This document shows, piece after piece, positions 50,754-60,738 of a DNA stretch of 64,000 nucleotides (its first letter is position 1; every line of letters begins with the position of its first letter). The position numbers were made by a program, and so were the translations under genes. This DNA is from an uncultured Acidobacteriota bacterium (GTDB lineage: Bacteria > Acidobacteriota > Thermoanaerobaculia > Gp7-AA8). Below the pieces are notes generated by a model. It did no database searches, was not told the DNA's origin, and saw nothing but the letters and a program-made list of their open reading frames with translations. The stretch is taken from the NCBI GenBank assembly GCA_963821585.1, contig CAWGEI010000005.1:6603-70602 (forward strand), given 5' to 3'.

Positions 50754-51567
50754 GCTCCGCGCGCACCGCAGGGACGACGCGCTCCGCCGCGGCATCAATC
50801 CGCGGGATGTGGATCTCCTGCTCTCCGATCTTCTCGACCGGTCGCTCGCGTATCTGTACGCGCACGGCGAGCTGGAAGTGGACTCCACGCAGCTCGACGC
50901 ACGGCTCGCGCGGCGTTACGCGGGCGAGCCGCTGCAGTACATCCGCGGGCACACGGAGTTCTACTCGCGCGACTTCCTGGTCGACGCGCGCGCGCTGATC
51001 CCGCGCCCGGAGACGGAGCTGCTCGTGGAGACGGCGATCGAGCGCGCGCCTGCGCACGGACACGTGGTCGACATCGGCACGGGGACCGGGTGCATCGCGA
51101 TCTCCATCGAGCGCGAGCGCTCGGACCTGCAGGTGCTGAGCGTCGATCGATCGCTCGACGCACTCGCGCTCGCGGCGACGAACAAGGCGCGGCTGGAGTC
51201 CAACGTGATGCTCGCGGCGTCGGACGTGCTCGCGAGCGTCCGCGGCACGTTCGACATCATCGTGTCGAATCCGCCGTACGTGCCGCTCGGGGAGTACCGG
51301 CAGCTCGCGGTCGAGGTGCGCATTCACGAGCCGCGCATGGCGCTGACGCCCGGGCCGGCCGGCACGGAGATCATCGAGCGGATTCTCGACGAGGCGCACG
51401 CGCGCCTGGAGCCGCGCGGCTGCCTGATCCTGGAAGTGGGATACGGGCAGGAGGAAGCGATCCGCACGCTGGCCGCGGCGAAGCGATACGACGTCGAGGA
51501 GTTCCTTCCTGACCTCGCCGGGATTCCGCGCGTCGTCGTATTATCCGCGCATGCCGAGCCACGATAA
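50731..51567 (+). CDS. prmC: Peptide chain release factor N(5)-glutamine methyltransferase
   Basis: 278 aa: VDIGTGTGCIAIS...IIVSNPPYV. Confidence 0.9.
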   Translation: MTLRRLDELRAHRRDDALRRGINPRDVDLLLSDLLDRSLAYLYAHGELEVDSTQLDARLARRYAGEPLQYIRGHTEFYSRDFLVDARALIPRPETELLVETAIERAPAHGHVVDIGTGTGCIAISIERERSDLQVLSVDRSLDALALAATNKARLESNVMLAASDVLASVRGTFDIIVSNPPYVPLGEYRQLAVEVRIHEPRMALTPGPAGTEIIERILDEAHARLEPRGCLILEVGYGQEEAIRTLAAAKRYDVEEFLPDLAGIPRVVVLSAHAEPR

Positions 51568-51904
51568 GTGCCTCTTCTGCCGCATCGCCGCGGGCGAGAT
51601 CCCGGCGAAGAAGGTCCACGAAGACGCCGACGTCGTCGCCTTCCACGACATCAACCCCCAGGCCCCGACGCACGTGCTGGTGATCCCGCGCAAGCACATC
51701 CCGATGCTGAACGACCTCACGGACGCGGACGCCGCGACGATCGGCACGACGCTCGTACGGGCATCGGAGATCGCGCGCGACCTGCGGCTGCACGATGACG
51801 GCTACCGCCTGGTGGTCAACAACGGCGAAGGCGCGGGCCAGACGGTGTTCCACATCCACGTCCACATCCTCGGCGGCCGCAACTTCGGCTGGCCACCCGG
51901 CTGA
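51551..51904 (+). CDS. HIT family (histidine triad) protein
   Basis: 117 aa: CLFCRIAAGEIPAKKVHED...GQTVFHIHVHILGG. Confidence 0.93.
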   Translation: MPSHDKCLFCRIAAGEIPAKKVHEDADVVAFHDINPQAPTHVLVIPRKHIPMLNDLTDADAATIGTTLVRASEIARDLRLHDDGYRLVVNNGEGAGQTVFHIHVHILGGRNFGWPPG

Positions 51905-51910
51905 GGCCGG

Positions 51911-51943
51911 GATTGAGGATGAAGGATTGAGGATTGAGGATTA
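51911..51943. repeat. 7-nt tandem repeat GATTGAG/GATGAAG x about 5
   Basis: gattgag gatgaag gattgag gattgag gatta. A weak complementary segment, CCTCAGATTCATCTCC, lies at about 52124-52139. Confidence 0.75.
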
Positions 51944-51981
51944 GAACCCGTAGCCCAAGACGGTGGCGCTCGGAGGGAAGT

Positions 51982-52107
51982 CCCCTCTCCCCGCGCGTCG
52001 AGCGTGGGGAGAGGGTTAGGGTGAGGGGTCGCTCCTCGCTCGAGGCACGTCCCCTCACCCGGCGCTTCGCGCCACCCTCTCCCCACGCTCACGCGCGGGG
52101 AGAGGGG
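51982..52107. repeat. Inverted pair of CCCCTCTCCCC...GGGGAGAGGG-T-GAGGGTGAGGGG type hairpin repeats
   Basis: CCCCTCTCCCCGCGCGTCGAGCGTGGGGAGAGGGTTAGGGTGAGGGG (51982-52028) and CCCCTCACCC...ACCCTCTCCCCACGCTCACGCGCGGGGAGAGGGG (52051-52107). Confidence 0.8.
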
Positions 52108-52169
52108 ACGGGGGCCGAGAGACCTCAGATTCATCTCCTGCCCCCCGCGCCCTGCCCCCCGCCCCCTGA

Positions 52170-54026
52170 TCAAGCCGGCGGGGGCACGCGGAAGCGCGTG
52201 CCGCTGAAGGTCAGCCGGCCGCTCTTCTTGCGCGCGCCACGGCGCTGGGCGAGGAAGTCTTCCTTCGCTTCCTTGAGCGTCGAGGGCACGTAGCTCGCGC
52301 CGGCCTTGAGGGTCTTCTGGCGGTCGCGCGAGAACGCGGAGCCGCCGGCCACGATGGCCAGCTCGGGGAAGTTCGCGTTCAGGAGCTGCAGCATCGCGTG
52401 GCCCTGGCCGAGGTGGTCGGGGTTCGTGCAGGAGACGAACACGGCTTCCGGCTTCACTTCGTTGATGAACGCGATCAGCTCGGGCTCCGGCAGGTCGGTG
52501 AAGTAATCCGCCGTATACCCCTCGGTCCGCAGCAGCTGGGTGAGCATCAGCGTGCCGAGGGAGAGGCGCTCGCCGGCGACGGAGACGGCGACGATGTGCT
52601 TCGTCGGATCGGGCGTCCCCGCGTTGCGGTCGCCGAAACGGATGATCAGCTCGCGCACGACGTCCTTGATGAAGTGATCGTGCGCCTGGGTGATGCGCTT
52701 GCGGTCGAGCTCTTCCTGCGCGAACGTGAGCGTCGGGATGAAGAGGTCCGTGAACATCTCCTCCATCGTCGAGGCCTCGGCGTACCGGTCGGCGATGGCG
52801 ATCGCGCCCGTTCTGTCGCGCAGGAGCAGGCGGTTGTAGTAGCTGAGGTAGCCCTCCAGCGGGTCCTCGCTGCCGAACATGATCGAGAAGATCCGCAGCG
52901 CGGGGATGAACTCGCCGCCGACGGTGAGACACACGGTGATCGGTGTCGCGAGCAGCAGGCCGACCGGACCCCAGAGCCAGCCCCAGAAAATCGCCGCGAG
53001 TAACAGGGCTATGGGAGATACCCCGACGCGATGTCCGACGACGATCGGCTCGATGAACCCGCCGATCAGCTGGTCGCTGAAGACGAACAGGCCGAGGACG
53101 GCGAGGGAGGAGTACCAGTTCGGAAAGACGGCGAACGCGAGGAACGTCGGCGCCGCGGCACTGAGCACCGCGCCGATGTACGGGATGAAGCGCAGCAATC
53201 CCGCGAGCACACCCCACAGCGCGGCGTGCGGCACGCGCAACATCCACAGGCCGATGCCGATGAGCACACCGAACCCGATGTTCAACAACGCAATCGTGAG
53301 CAGGTAACGGCTGATGCGCTGCGACGTCTCGCCGATGGCCTGGGTCGTCACGGTGAGATGGGCGCGTCCCGCGACGCGCAGCAGTTTGTCCCGCAATTGC
53401 TCGCGGTCGCGGAGGAGGAAGAAGACGACCACGACGACGAGGAACGTCGCGGCGACACCCTCGACGCTCGGCGCCACTTCCTCGTAACGCTCGGCGAGCG
53501 TCTTCCGCTCCGGGATGACGCGCACCTTGAGCTGCTCGCGCTCGCGTGTCTCGCCGACGGCGGCCACGCGCTGCAGCGCGTCTTCGAGCAGGGTGAACTG
53601 GCCGGCGCGCTTGCGGATCGACGCCAGCTTGCGGTCGACGTTGTCGCTGGTCGCCGCGCTGCTCAGCTCTTTTGCGACGGAGTTCAACTGCTGGTAGATC
53701 CACCAGCCGCCGAATCCCAGGGCGATCGTCGTCAGGCCGAGGGAGAGGACGATGGCGCCGGTGCGGCGGATGATGGTGCGCTCCAGGCGGATGACGATCG
53801 GCGTCAGAAGAAATGCGAAGAGCACCGCGAGCGCGACCGGCACGACCACGGGTCGCGCAAAGTGCAGCACGGCGATGACGATGATCGTCCCGACCAGGAT
53901 GCGGGCGTTGCCTTCGCGCCGGTCGACCGTGCGCTTGTCGACGACAGCCTCCGGCTGGGGGCGCGGAGGCATGCGCCGCATGGAGAGCGTGCGGTCAAAC
54001 CGATCTGTGTCTTCTTCGTCGGGCAC
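52170..54026 (-). CDS. AI-2E (PerM/UPF0118) family permease fused to a C-terminal CarH/LitR-type helical bundle and B12-binding-like domain
   Basis: 618 aa. The N-terminal about 380 aa are permease (LLRFIPYIGAVLSAAAP). The C-terminus HIVAVSVAGERLSLGTLMLTQLLRTEGYTADYF...KPEAVFVSCT...LAIVAGGSAF follows the B12-binding Rossmann pattern, with Leu where the DxHxxG His normally sits. Confidence 0.8.
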   Translation of the reverse strand: MPDEEDTDRFDRTLSMRRMPPRPQPEAVVDKRTVDRREGNARILVGTIIVIAVLHFARPVVVPVALAVLFAFLLTPIVIRLERTIIRRTGAIVLSLGLTTIALGFGGWWIYQQLNSVAKELSSAATSDNVDRKLASIRKRAGQFTLLEDALQRVAAVGETREREQLKVRVIPERKTLAERYEEVAPSVEGVAATFLVVVVVFFLLRDREQLRDKLLRVAGRAHLTVTTQAIGETSQRISRYLLTIALLNIGFGVLIGIGLWMLRVPHAALWGVLAGLLRFIPYIGAVLSAAAPTFLAFAVFPNWYSSLAVLGLFVFSDQLIGGFIEPIVVGHRVGVSPIALLLAAIFWGWLWGPVGLLLATPITVCLTVGGEFIPALRIFSIMFGSEDPLEGYLSYYNRLLLRDRTGAIAIADRYAEASTMEEMFTDLFIPTLTFAQEELDRKRITQAHDHFIKDVVRELIIRFGDRNAGTPDPTKHIVAVSVAGERLSLGTLMLTQLLRTEGYTADYFTDLPEPELIAFINEVKPEAVFVSCTNPDHLGQGHAMLQLLNANFPELAIVAGGSAFSRDRQKTLKAGASYVPSTLKEAKEDFLAQRRGARKKSGRLTFSGTRFRVPPPA

Positions 54027-54039
54027 TCGGGTGCTGAGT

Positions 54040-55869
54040 CTACTGCAAGGGCGTGGCCGCCGGCTCGGACCAGGAGATTGCTTCGAGGCTCAACCCGAGC
54101 TCGCGACCGTCATCTTTCGGCCGGATGGGCTGGTCGGTCGCGAGGAGCAGCTGGTTCGCGCCTTCGCGATGGCTCGGCAGGATGTACCGGAGATCCAGCT
54201 TGCCGTTCGGTGGCGCGGTCCGGCGATCGATCACGGTCCCGTTCCACGTCAAGGTGATCACCGGCGGCCTCGGCGTCGCATCCACGGGCGCATGCAGTCT
54301 CAGGCGCAGCTCTCCCTGCCCGTAAAGCGCGGGGGAAAGGAGGATCTCGCCCTCGCGCTGCATCCAGCGCCAGTGGTTCCGGCCGTCGGTCTCGAGCAGG
54401 TGCCAGCCGCGGGACCAGCGAATGATGCGGCGCATCGGGACGACACCGATCTCGAAGAAGCGCGGCCGTGTGATCTCGAAGAGCTGCTCCCGCTTGCGCG
54501 TGAACATGCGGATGCCGGGATGCTGCCGCTCGCCCTCGAAGAGGTAGTAATTCCCGGCCACCAGATCCTCGGCCGGCAACTCTTCGTCATGGCCAACGAT
54601 GCGGTAGTCATAGTCGCCGATGACATACGCCGCGTGGTAGGCGAGATTCACCTGCACGTAGACGCGGGGCCCGGTTTTGGGGACGTTCGTCCGGATCCAT
54701 TGGAATGCAGCGACGGCCGGGGCCGGCTCGGTGCGCGCGAAGCGCAGCGCCGGCCATGTCCATTTGGCAAGCGACCAGGTGACGAACCCCGACAGGACCA
54801 GGAAAAGCGGCAGGCGCGCGCGCGACGGCACGAGCTGCGCGACGGCCTCCGCACCCGCGACGGCGAGGAATGCGTGCAGCGGCAGATAGGCGATCGCGTA
54901 GCGCGCCAGCGCCGACATGTCGAGCATCAGCCAGGTGAGGACCGCCATCGGCAGGAACATGACCAGGAGCACGGCGATGCTCCACCGTCTCCGCACGAGC
55001 GCGTCGAGGAGCGCGACGGCAGCGAGAATCACCACCGCGAACCGCGCTCGCCCGCCTCCCTGCGGATAGAGAAACACGCGCGGCGCCAGTTCGCGCAGCG
55101 GCGTGCGGTACGGATTGCGGAAGGAGTCGGTCTCGCGGAGGTGCTTCTGGATGTAGCGCACTTCCTCGAGGTAGGCGGCAGGAAAGCCGGTGGAGTAGTA
55201 CGCCGCGCCGAGATAAGCGAGGAAGACGACCGCCGCGGCGGCGAGCCACGAGAGAACGAAAGTCTTCATCCGGCGCAACGCGAAGGCGCCGAGGAGCGCG
55301 GGGGGCGCGGCGACGAGGAGGAGTTGCGGGCGGATGCCACACGCCAGGGCGGTGAGGAGCGCGCCGGCCAGGTAGGCACTCGAGCTGCGTCCGCCGCGCA
55401 GCAGCAGAGCCGCCGCGAACAGGATCAGCGCCAGGGCGGGGACGTCGCTCAAGCCGGTACCGCCGTGGTACCAGACGGACGGCAGAAACGCGGTCATCGC
55501 CGCCACGCTGAACGCGAACGGCGTCCGGAAACGCAGCTCGCGGGCCAGGAGGAATGCCGCGGGGAAGACCAGCATCGACGCCAGCGTGGCCACGGCTTGC
55601 AGCGCGTGAAAATCGGTGTCGGTGAAGAGCCGCGCGACCTTCGCCGCGGCGATGAAGAGCGGATAGCCGGGCGGATGGGGGTGGTGCGGCTTGACGTCGT
55701 ATTCGCTCACGCCGAACGCGAACAGGGTCTCGTCCCAGTCGTGAAGCGTCATCGACAGCGCGGGAAAGCGGGTGAGCGCAATCGCGACTGCAAGAATGTT
55801 GAAGAGGATTTTCTGGCCGCGGGTCAAGGAGATGGGAGACTCACGAAGGGCAGCGAGATACGCGAGCAT
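54040..55869 (-). CDS. GT-C-fold membrane glycosyltransferase (DUF2723/PMT-like)
   Basis: 609 aa: DWDETLFAFGVSEYDVKPHHPHPPGYPLFIAAAK, then many TM helices and a soluble C-terminal domain. Confidence 0.75.
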   Translation of the reverse strand: MLAYLAALRESPISLTRGQKILFNILAVAIALTRFPALSMTLHDWDETLFAFGVSEYDVKPHHPHPPGYPLFIAAAKVARLFTDTDFHALQAVATLASMLVFPAAFLLARELRFRTPFAFSVAAMTAFLPSVWYHGGTGLSDVPALALILFAAALLLRGGRSSSAYLAGALLTALACGIRPQLLLVAAPPALLGAFALRRMKTFVLSWLAAAAVVFLAYLGAAYYSTGFPAAYLEEVRYIQKHLRETDSFRNPYRTPLRELAPRVFLYPQGGGRARFAVVILAAVALLDALVRRRWSIAVLLVMFLPMAVLTWLMLDMSALARYAIAYLPLHAFLAVAGAEAVAQLVPSRARLPLFLVLSGFVTWSLAKWTWPALRFARTEPAPAVAAFQWIRTNVPKTGPRVYVQVNLAYHAAYVIGDYDYRIVGHDEELPAEDLVAGNYYLFEGERQHPGIRMFTRKREQLFEITRPRFFEIGVVPMRRIIRWSRGWHLLETDGRNHWRWMQREGEILLSPALYGQGELRLRLHAPVDATPRPPVITLTWNGTVIDRRTAPPNGKLDLRYILPSHREGANQLLLATDQPIRPKDDGRELGLSLEAISWSEPAATPLQ

Positions 55870-55895
55870 GGGACGGCCCGCATTCTGTCATCATT

Positions 55896-57653
55896 ATGTC
55901 CATCACAAACAAGCAGCATCCGGGAGGTCTCGTGTCACGAATTCGCGTGTGGACGCTGTTCGCAGTCGTCGTTCTCTGCTGTACCGCGTCCGCGCAGGAC
56001 ACGCGCATCGGGGAATCGATCGAGGTCTCGATCGTCAACGTCGAGGTTCACGTCACGGACAAGCAGGGGAACCGCGTGACCGGGCTGCGGGCGGAGGACT
56101 TCGAGATCCGGGAGAACGGCAAGGCCCAGCCGATCACGAACTTCTCGGAGTACGTTTCGGCGGGCTCCGCCGGGACGGCGGCGGTCGAAGCGGCGCCCGG
56201 GAGTGCGGCTGTGAGCTCGTCCGTGAAGGCCGAGGCTCCGCCGCGGCTGCGGCGCTCGATCGTGCTGTTCATCGAGCCACTCACCCTCGCCAACTTCCGG
56301 GCGAAGGAGTTTTTCGACTCCCTCCGCACCCTGCTGCGGCGCACGGTCGAGAAAGGCGATCAGGTCTCGATCGTCACCTTCGTGCGCGCGACGCGCATCC
56401 GCCAACCGTTCACGGACGACATGGCCAGCATCGACACCACGCTCGCCGCGCTGGAGAAAGAAATGACCGGCGTCGAGGGCAATACCTACGACGAGAGCAG
56501 GTTCGTGCTCGCCGAGGCGGCGTCGTTCGAGAAGGAGTACGAGGAAGCGCTTACCGAGCTCGGATTCCCCCCGCCGGGCAACAGTACACCCGTGTCCATG
56601 TCCGAGCTGGCTGCGGCACGGCGGGAGCTCTTCCTGATCCGCCAGAAGACCGCGGCGCTGGAGTCGCTCATCCAGAGCATCTCCGGCGCGGACGCACGCA
56701 AGATCCTGATCATGGCCCCGCGCCGCTTCGGGTTGTACGCGGGGGCCCATTACTTCGGCGGAGCCGTTCCGACCCAATACAGGCAGGAACTGGACACGAC
56801 GCAGTATCGGCAGTCGCTCATCGCCAAGGCGAACGCCAACGGCGTGACGATCTACACGCTCCATCCGGAAGGGCTGCTGAACACGAGCAGCAACGATCCG
56901 TCGATCTCGGGCCAGGACCGCATGGTGAGCACGCTCGAGCAGGATCTCGCCCGTGCGAGACTCGGCAACGGGATCCTGATGAATGAGTCCTCGGCGCTGG
57001 ATGAGGTCGCGGTCGCGACCGGCGGTCTCAGCGCATGGGGGAGCACGGGCATCGCGAAGCTGCTCCCCCGGGTCGGCGACGACCTCGAGACCTACTACTC
57101 GCTCGCGTACAGGGCCACGGCGACGGGGAAGGACGCCGCGCGCAAGATCGTCGTCACGACGAAGAATCCGGCCCACGTCGTGCGGGCGCGGAAGCAGTTC
57201 GTCGAAAAGTCCGAGACGACGCAGATCAAGGACCGCGTGCGCTCGAACCTGTTCCAGAAGGTCGAGGGCTCGAGCGCGCAGATTCCGTTCGACGTGGCGG
57301 TGGGGACGGTCAAGAAGACCGGCAGGAACCGCTGGACGGTGCCGCTGAAGATCCGCATCCCGATCGGCAGCCTGACGACCTTGCCGCGCGGCCCCGAGGA
57401 GTCGGGAACGTTCTCCGTCTTCTTCGCCACCGGCGGCGTCCTCGGCGTCATGAGCGAAGTCGAGCAGCGCACACAGTCGTTCACCATCCCCCGCGGCGAC
57501 GTCGCGCGCGCGAAGACGTCGCACTTCACGTACGACCTCGAGCTCTCGATCGACCAGCTCGTGAAGTCCCTGTCGATCGCGGTGATGGACGACGTCGGCA
57601 AGGAGTTCGGCATCAAGCGGTACACGCTGCCGAAGGAATCTGCCGCCCGCTGA
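55896..57653 (+). CDS. VWFA-related (acidobacterial-type) domain protein, secreted
   Basis: 585 aa: IEVSIVNVEVHVTDKQGNRVTGLRAEDFEIRENGKAQPITNF, then a VWA-like region. The last codons and the TGA stop lie in family-2 copy D. Confidence 0.85.
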   Translation: MSITNKQHPGGLVSRIRVWTLFAVVVLCCTASAQDTRIGESIEVSIVNVEVHVTDKQGNRVTGLRAEDFEIRENGKAQPITNFSEYVSAGSAGTAAVEAAPGSAAVSSSVKAEAPPRLRRSIVLFIEPLTLANFRAKEFFDSLRTLLRRTVEKGDQVSIVTFVRATRIRQPFTDDMASIDTTLAALEKEMTGVEGNTYDESRFVLAEAASFEKEYEEALTELGFPPPGNSTPVSMSELAAARRELFLIRQKTAALESLIQSISGADARKILIMAPRRFGLYAGAHYFGGAVPTQYRQELDTTQYRQSLIAKANANGVTIYTLHPEGLLNTSSNDPSISGQDRMVSTLEQDLARARLGNGILMNESSALDEVAVATGGLSAWGSTGIAKLLPRVGDDLETYYSLAYRATATGKDAARKIVVTTKNPAHVVRARKQFVEKSETTQIKDRVRSNLFQKVEGSSAQIPFDVAVGTVKKTGRNRWTVPLKIRIPIGSLTTLPRGPEESGTFSVFFATGGVLGVMSEVEQRTQSFTIPRGDVARAKTSHFTYDLELSIDQLVKSLSIAVMDDVGKEFGIKRYTLPKESAAR

Positions 57654-57834
57654 CGCGGGCTCGTTCTCGCGCCGCCCGCACGGTCCCCCCGGCTGAAGCC
57701 GGGGTCTATTGTCTGGCAGCCCGCTACGCGGGCAAGAGAACAGGCCCGCGTAGCGGGCCCAAGGGAATAGCTCCCGGCTTCAGCCGGGAGACGACGAGGG
57801 GCAACCCAGGAACGAGCCCGCGTAGCGGGCGACA
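57640..57834. repeat. Family-2 nested composite palindrome, copy D
   Basis: CTGCCGCCCGCTGACGCGGGCTCGTTC ... CCCCCGGCTGAAGCCGGGGTCTATTGTCT ... GCCCGCTACGCGGGC / GCCCGCGTAGCGGGC ... AATAGCTCCCGGCTTCAGCCGGGAG ... GAACGAGCCCGCGTAGCGGGCGACAG. Confidence 0.9.
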
Positions 57835-57841
57835 GTTGCCC

Positions 57842-59338
57842 CTACTTCTTCCAGCGCAAAACCGGCTGGCGCGCCGCACGGGCTTCGTCGAGTCTCCGCA
57901 CCGGCGTCGTGTGCGGCGCGCTGCGCACGAGCTCCGGGCGCTCCTCGGTCTCGCGGGCGATGGAGATCATCGCCTCGCAGAACGCGTCCAGCTCTTCCTT
58001 CGGCTCGCTCTCCGTCGGCTCGATCATGAGCGCGCCGGAGACGATCAGCGGGAAGTAGATCGTCGGCGGGTGGAAGCCGTAGTCCATGAGGCGCTTGGCG
58101 ATGTCGAGGGTGTGGACGTCCTTCGGCGTCTGCAGCTTGTCCGAGAAGACCACCTCGTGCAGCGACGGCGCGTCGTAGGGCAGGTGGTAGTGCTTCTTCA
58201 GGCGCGCACGGATGTAGTTGGCGTTCAGCACGGCGAGCTGCGCGATGCGCCGCAGGCCGGTGGGGCCCATCGAGCGCATGTACGTCAGCGCGCGCACGAG
58301 CACGTTGAAGTTGCCGTGGAACGCGCGCATGCGGCCGATGGAGTCCGGGTGCGAGAAGTCGCAGTAGAACGTGCCGTCTTCACGGCGCTCGATCGTCGGC
58401 GTCGGGAGGAACGGCACGAGCGTCTCGCTGACGCCCACCGGACCCGCACCCGGTCCGCCGCCGCCGTGCGGCGTGGAGAACGTCTTGTGCAGGTTCGAGT
58501 GAATGACGTCGATGCCCATGTCGCCGGGCCGGGCGATGCCGACGAAGGAGTTGAGGTTCGCGCCGTCGCAGTAGAGGTACGCACCCTTCGCGTGCAGGAT
58601 GTCCGCCATGGCGCGGATCTCGGACTCGAAGACGCCCAGCGTGTTCGGCACGGTGATCATCAGCGCCGCCACGTCCTCGGTCACCGCGGCCTCGAGGGTC
58701 GACAGATCGACCGTGCCGCGGTTGTTCGACTTCAGCTCCCGGATCTCGTAGCCGGCAAACGCCGCGGACGCGGGATTCGTCCCGTGCGCGGAGTCGGGGA
58801 TGAGGATGTACTTGCGCGGGTTGCCGGTCTTGGCCAGCGCCTTGTGCACCATCAGGATGCCGGTGAGCTCCCCGTGCGCGCCCGCGACCGGCTGCAGCGT
58901 CACGCGCGGCAGGCCGAAGATCTCTTTCAGCGTCTGCTCGAGGTGCCATAGCAGCTCGAGGTTGCCCTGCACCTGATGCTCGGCCTGGAGCGGATGCGAG
59001 TGCGCGAAGCCGGGCGTGCGCGCGATCTCTTCGTTGATGCGCGGGTTGTGCTTCATCGTGCACGAGCCGAGGGGATAGAGGCCGGCGTCGATGGAGAGGT
59101 TCAGCTTCGACAGCCGCGTGAAGTGCCGGATCACGTCGACCTCGGACACCTCGACTTCGTCCACGATCTCGTCGCGCCGGAGCGACGCGGGGAGCAGCGC
59201 GTCGAGCGGCTGCTCCGGGACGTCCAGCGTGGGCAGCTGGTAGCCGCGGCGGCCGGCCTTCGAGCGCTCGAAGATGAGCGGCTCGAGAGACGACTGCTTC
59301 TTCATGGTTTCCTCGTCGACTGCTTCGATGACCGTCAT
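57842..59338 (-). CDS. gcvPB: Glycine dehydrogenase (decarboxylating) subunit 2
   Basis: MTVIEAVDEETMKKQSSLEPLIFERSKAGRRGY...GSCTMKHNP...HSNLHKTFSTPHGGGGPG. The ATG at 59338 overlaps the gcvPA stop. Confidence 0.95.
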   Translation of the reverse strand: MTVIEAVDEETMKKQSSLEPLIFERSKAGRRGYQLPTLDVPEQPLDALLPASLRRDEIVDEVEVSEVDVIRHFTRLSKLNLSIDAGLYPLGSCTMKHNPRINEEIARTPGFAHSHPLQAEHQVQGNLELLWHLEQTLKEIFGLPRVTLQPVAGAHGELTGILMVHKALAKTGNPRKYILIPDSAHGTNPASAAFAGYEIRELKSNNRGTVDLSTLEAAVTEDVAALMITVPNTLGVFESEIRAMADILHAKGAYLYCDGANLNSFVGIARPGDMGIDVIHSNLHKTFSTPHGGGGPGAGPVGVSETLVPFLPTPTIERREDGTFYCDFSHPDSIGRMRAFHGNFNVLVRALTYMRSMGPTGLRRIAQLAVLNANYIRARLKKHYHLPYDAPSLHEVVFSDKLQTPKDVHTLDIAKRLMDYGFHPPTIYFPLIVSGALMIEPTESEPKEELDAFCEAMISIARETEERPELVRSAPHTTPVRRLDEARAARQPVLRWKK

Positions 59339-60726
59339 CGGCGCTCCCGGGAGATCGCAGCGCTCAGCGCGGCCGCGTACGTGTCGAGCTGCTCTCTGGT
59401 GTGCAGCTCGGTGACGGCGACGAGGAAGTCGCGCTCGTGGCCCGCGTAGAACGGCCCGAGCGGAATGCCGCCGAGGATCTTTTCGTGCTCGAGGTCGGCG
59501 AGGATCTGCGTGGCGTCGACGGGCGTCCGCACGACCAGCTCGTTGTAGACCGGGCCGCCGAACGGAAACTCGACCTGCGCAATTGCTTTCAGCTTGTCGC
59601 GCAGGTACGCGGTCTTCTGCAGGCACTGCGTCCCCACCTCGCGCAGGCCTTCCTTGCCCATCAGCGAGAGGTACATGTTCGCAGCGAGCGCGATGAGCGC
59701 CTGGTTCGTGCAGATGTTCGACGTGGCCTTGCCGCGGCGGATGTGCTGTTCGCGCGTGGCCAGCGTCAGGACGTACGCGCGCTTCCCGTCGACATCCACC
59801 GTCTCGCCGACGAGACGTCCCGGCATGTGGCGCTTCAGCGCGTCGCGGACGACCATGAAGCCGACGTACGGGCCGCCGAACTGCGTCGGAATCCCCCACG
59901 CCTGCCCCTCGCCCACGCAGATGTCGAAGCCGTGGTTTCCCGGAGGAGCGAGCACGCCGAGGGACGTGGCTTCGGCGATGACGGCGATCTTGGTGAGACC
60001 ACCCGCCGCCTGCGCGACCGCGTCGTAGTCCTCGATGACGCCGAGAAAGTTCGGCGACTGAATCGCGACCGCGAATGCGCCTTCGCTTGCGGCGCGAAGG
60101 GCATCGAGATCCACGCGGCCGTCCGCGTCCCAGCCGATCTCCACGATCTCGAGACCGAGGTTCTGCACGTACGTGTGGACGGTGTCGAGGTAATGCGGGT
60201 GGATCGACTTCGCGACGACGACCTTCGTCTTCCCTTTGACCAGGCGCTCCGCGAGCAGCACGGCCTCACACAGCGCGGTCGAGCCGTCGTACAGCGACGC
60301 GTTGGCGACGTCGAGTCCCGTCAGCAGGCACTGGTGGGTCTGGTACTCGAAGATCGACTGCAGCGTCCCCTGCGACACCTCGGGCTGATACGGCGTGTAC
60401 GCGGTGAGGAACTCCGCGCGCAGCAGGAGCTGATCGACGCAGGCGGGCTGGTAGTGCGCGTAGGCGCCGCCGCCGAGGAAGGAGATGTGGTCGACGGCGG
60501 TGAGGTTGCGCGCCGCCAGGCCACGGAACCACCGCCGCGTCTCGATCTCGGACCACGGCCCGGGGATGTCGAGCAGGCCCTCGAGCTTGACGTCGTCCGG
60601 GATGGTGTCGAACAGGCGGTCGATGGAGTCGACGCCGATGACATCCAGCATCTCGCGGATGTCTTCACCGGCGTTGGGGATGTAACGGTGGGAAGAAGAG
60701 GAAGCTGTCGGGTCGGGAAGACTCAT
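59335..60726 (-). CDS. gcvPA: Glycine dehydrogenase (decarboxylating) subunit 1
   Basis: 463 aa: HRYIPNAGEDIREML...FLGGGAYAHY...AYTPYQPEVSQG. Confidence 0.95.
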   Translation of the reverse strand: MSLPDPTASSSSHRYIPNAGEDIREMLDVIGVDSIDRLFDTIPDDVKLEGLLDIPGPWSEIETRRWFRGLAARNLTAVDHISFLGGGAYAHYQPACVDQLLLRAEFLTAYTPYQPEVSQGTLQSIFEYQTHQCLLTGLDVANASLYDGSTALCEAVLLAERLVKGKTKVVVAKSIHPHYLDTVHTYVQNLGLEIVEIGWDADGRVDLDALRAASEGAFAVAIQSPNFLGVIEDYDAVAQAAGGLTKIAVIAEATSLGVLAPPGNHGFDICVGEGQAWGIPTQFGGPYVGFMVVRDALKRHMPGRLVGETVDVDGKRAYVLTLATREQHIRRGKATSNICTNQALIALAANMYLSLMGKEGLREVGTQCLQKTAYLRDKLKAIAQVEFPFGGPVYNELVVRTPVDATQILADLEHEKILGGIPLGPFYAGHERDFLVAVTELHTREQLDTYAAALSAAISRERR

Positions 60727-60738
60727 GGAAATGACGGG

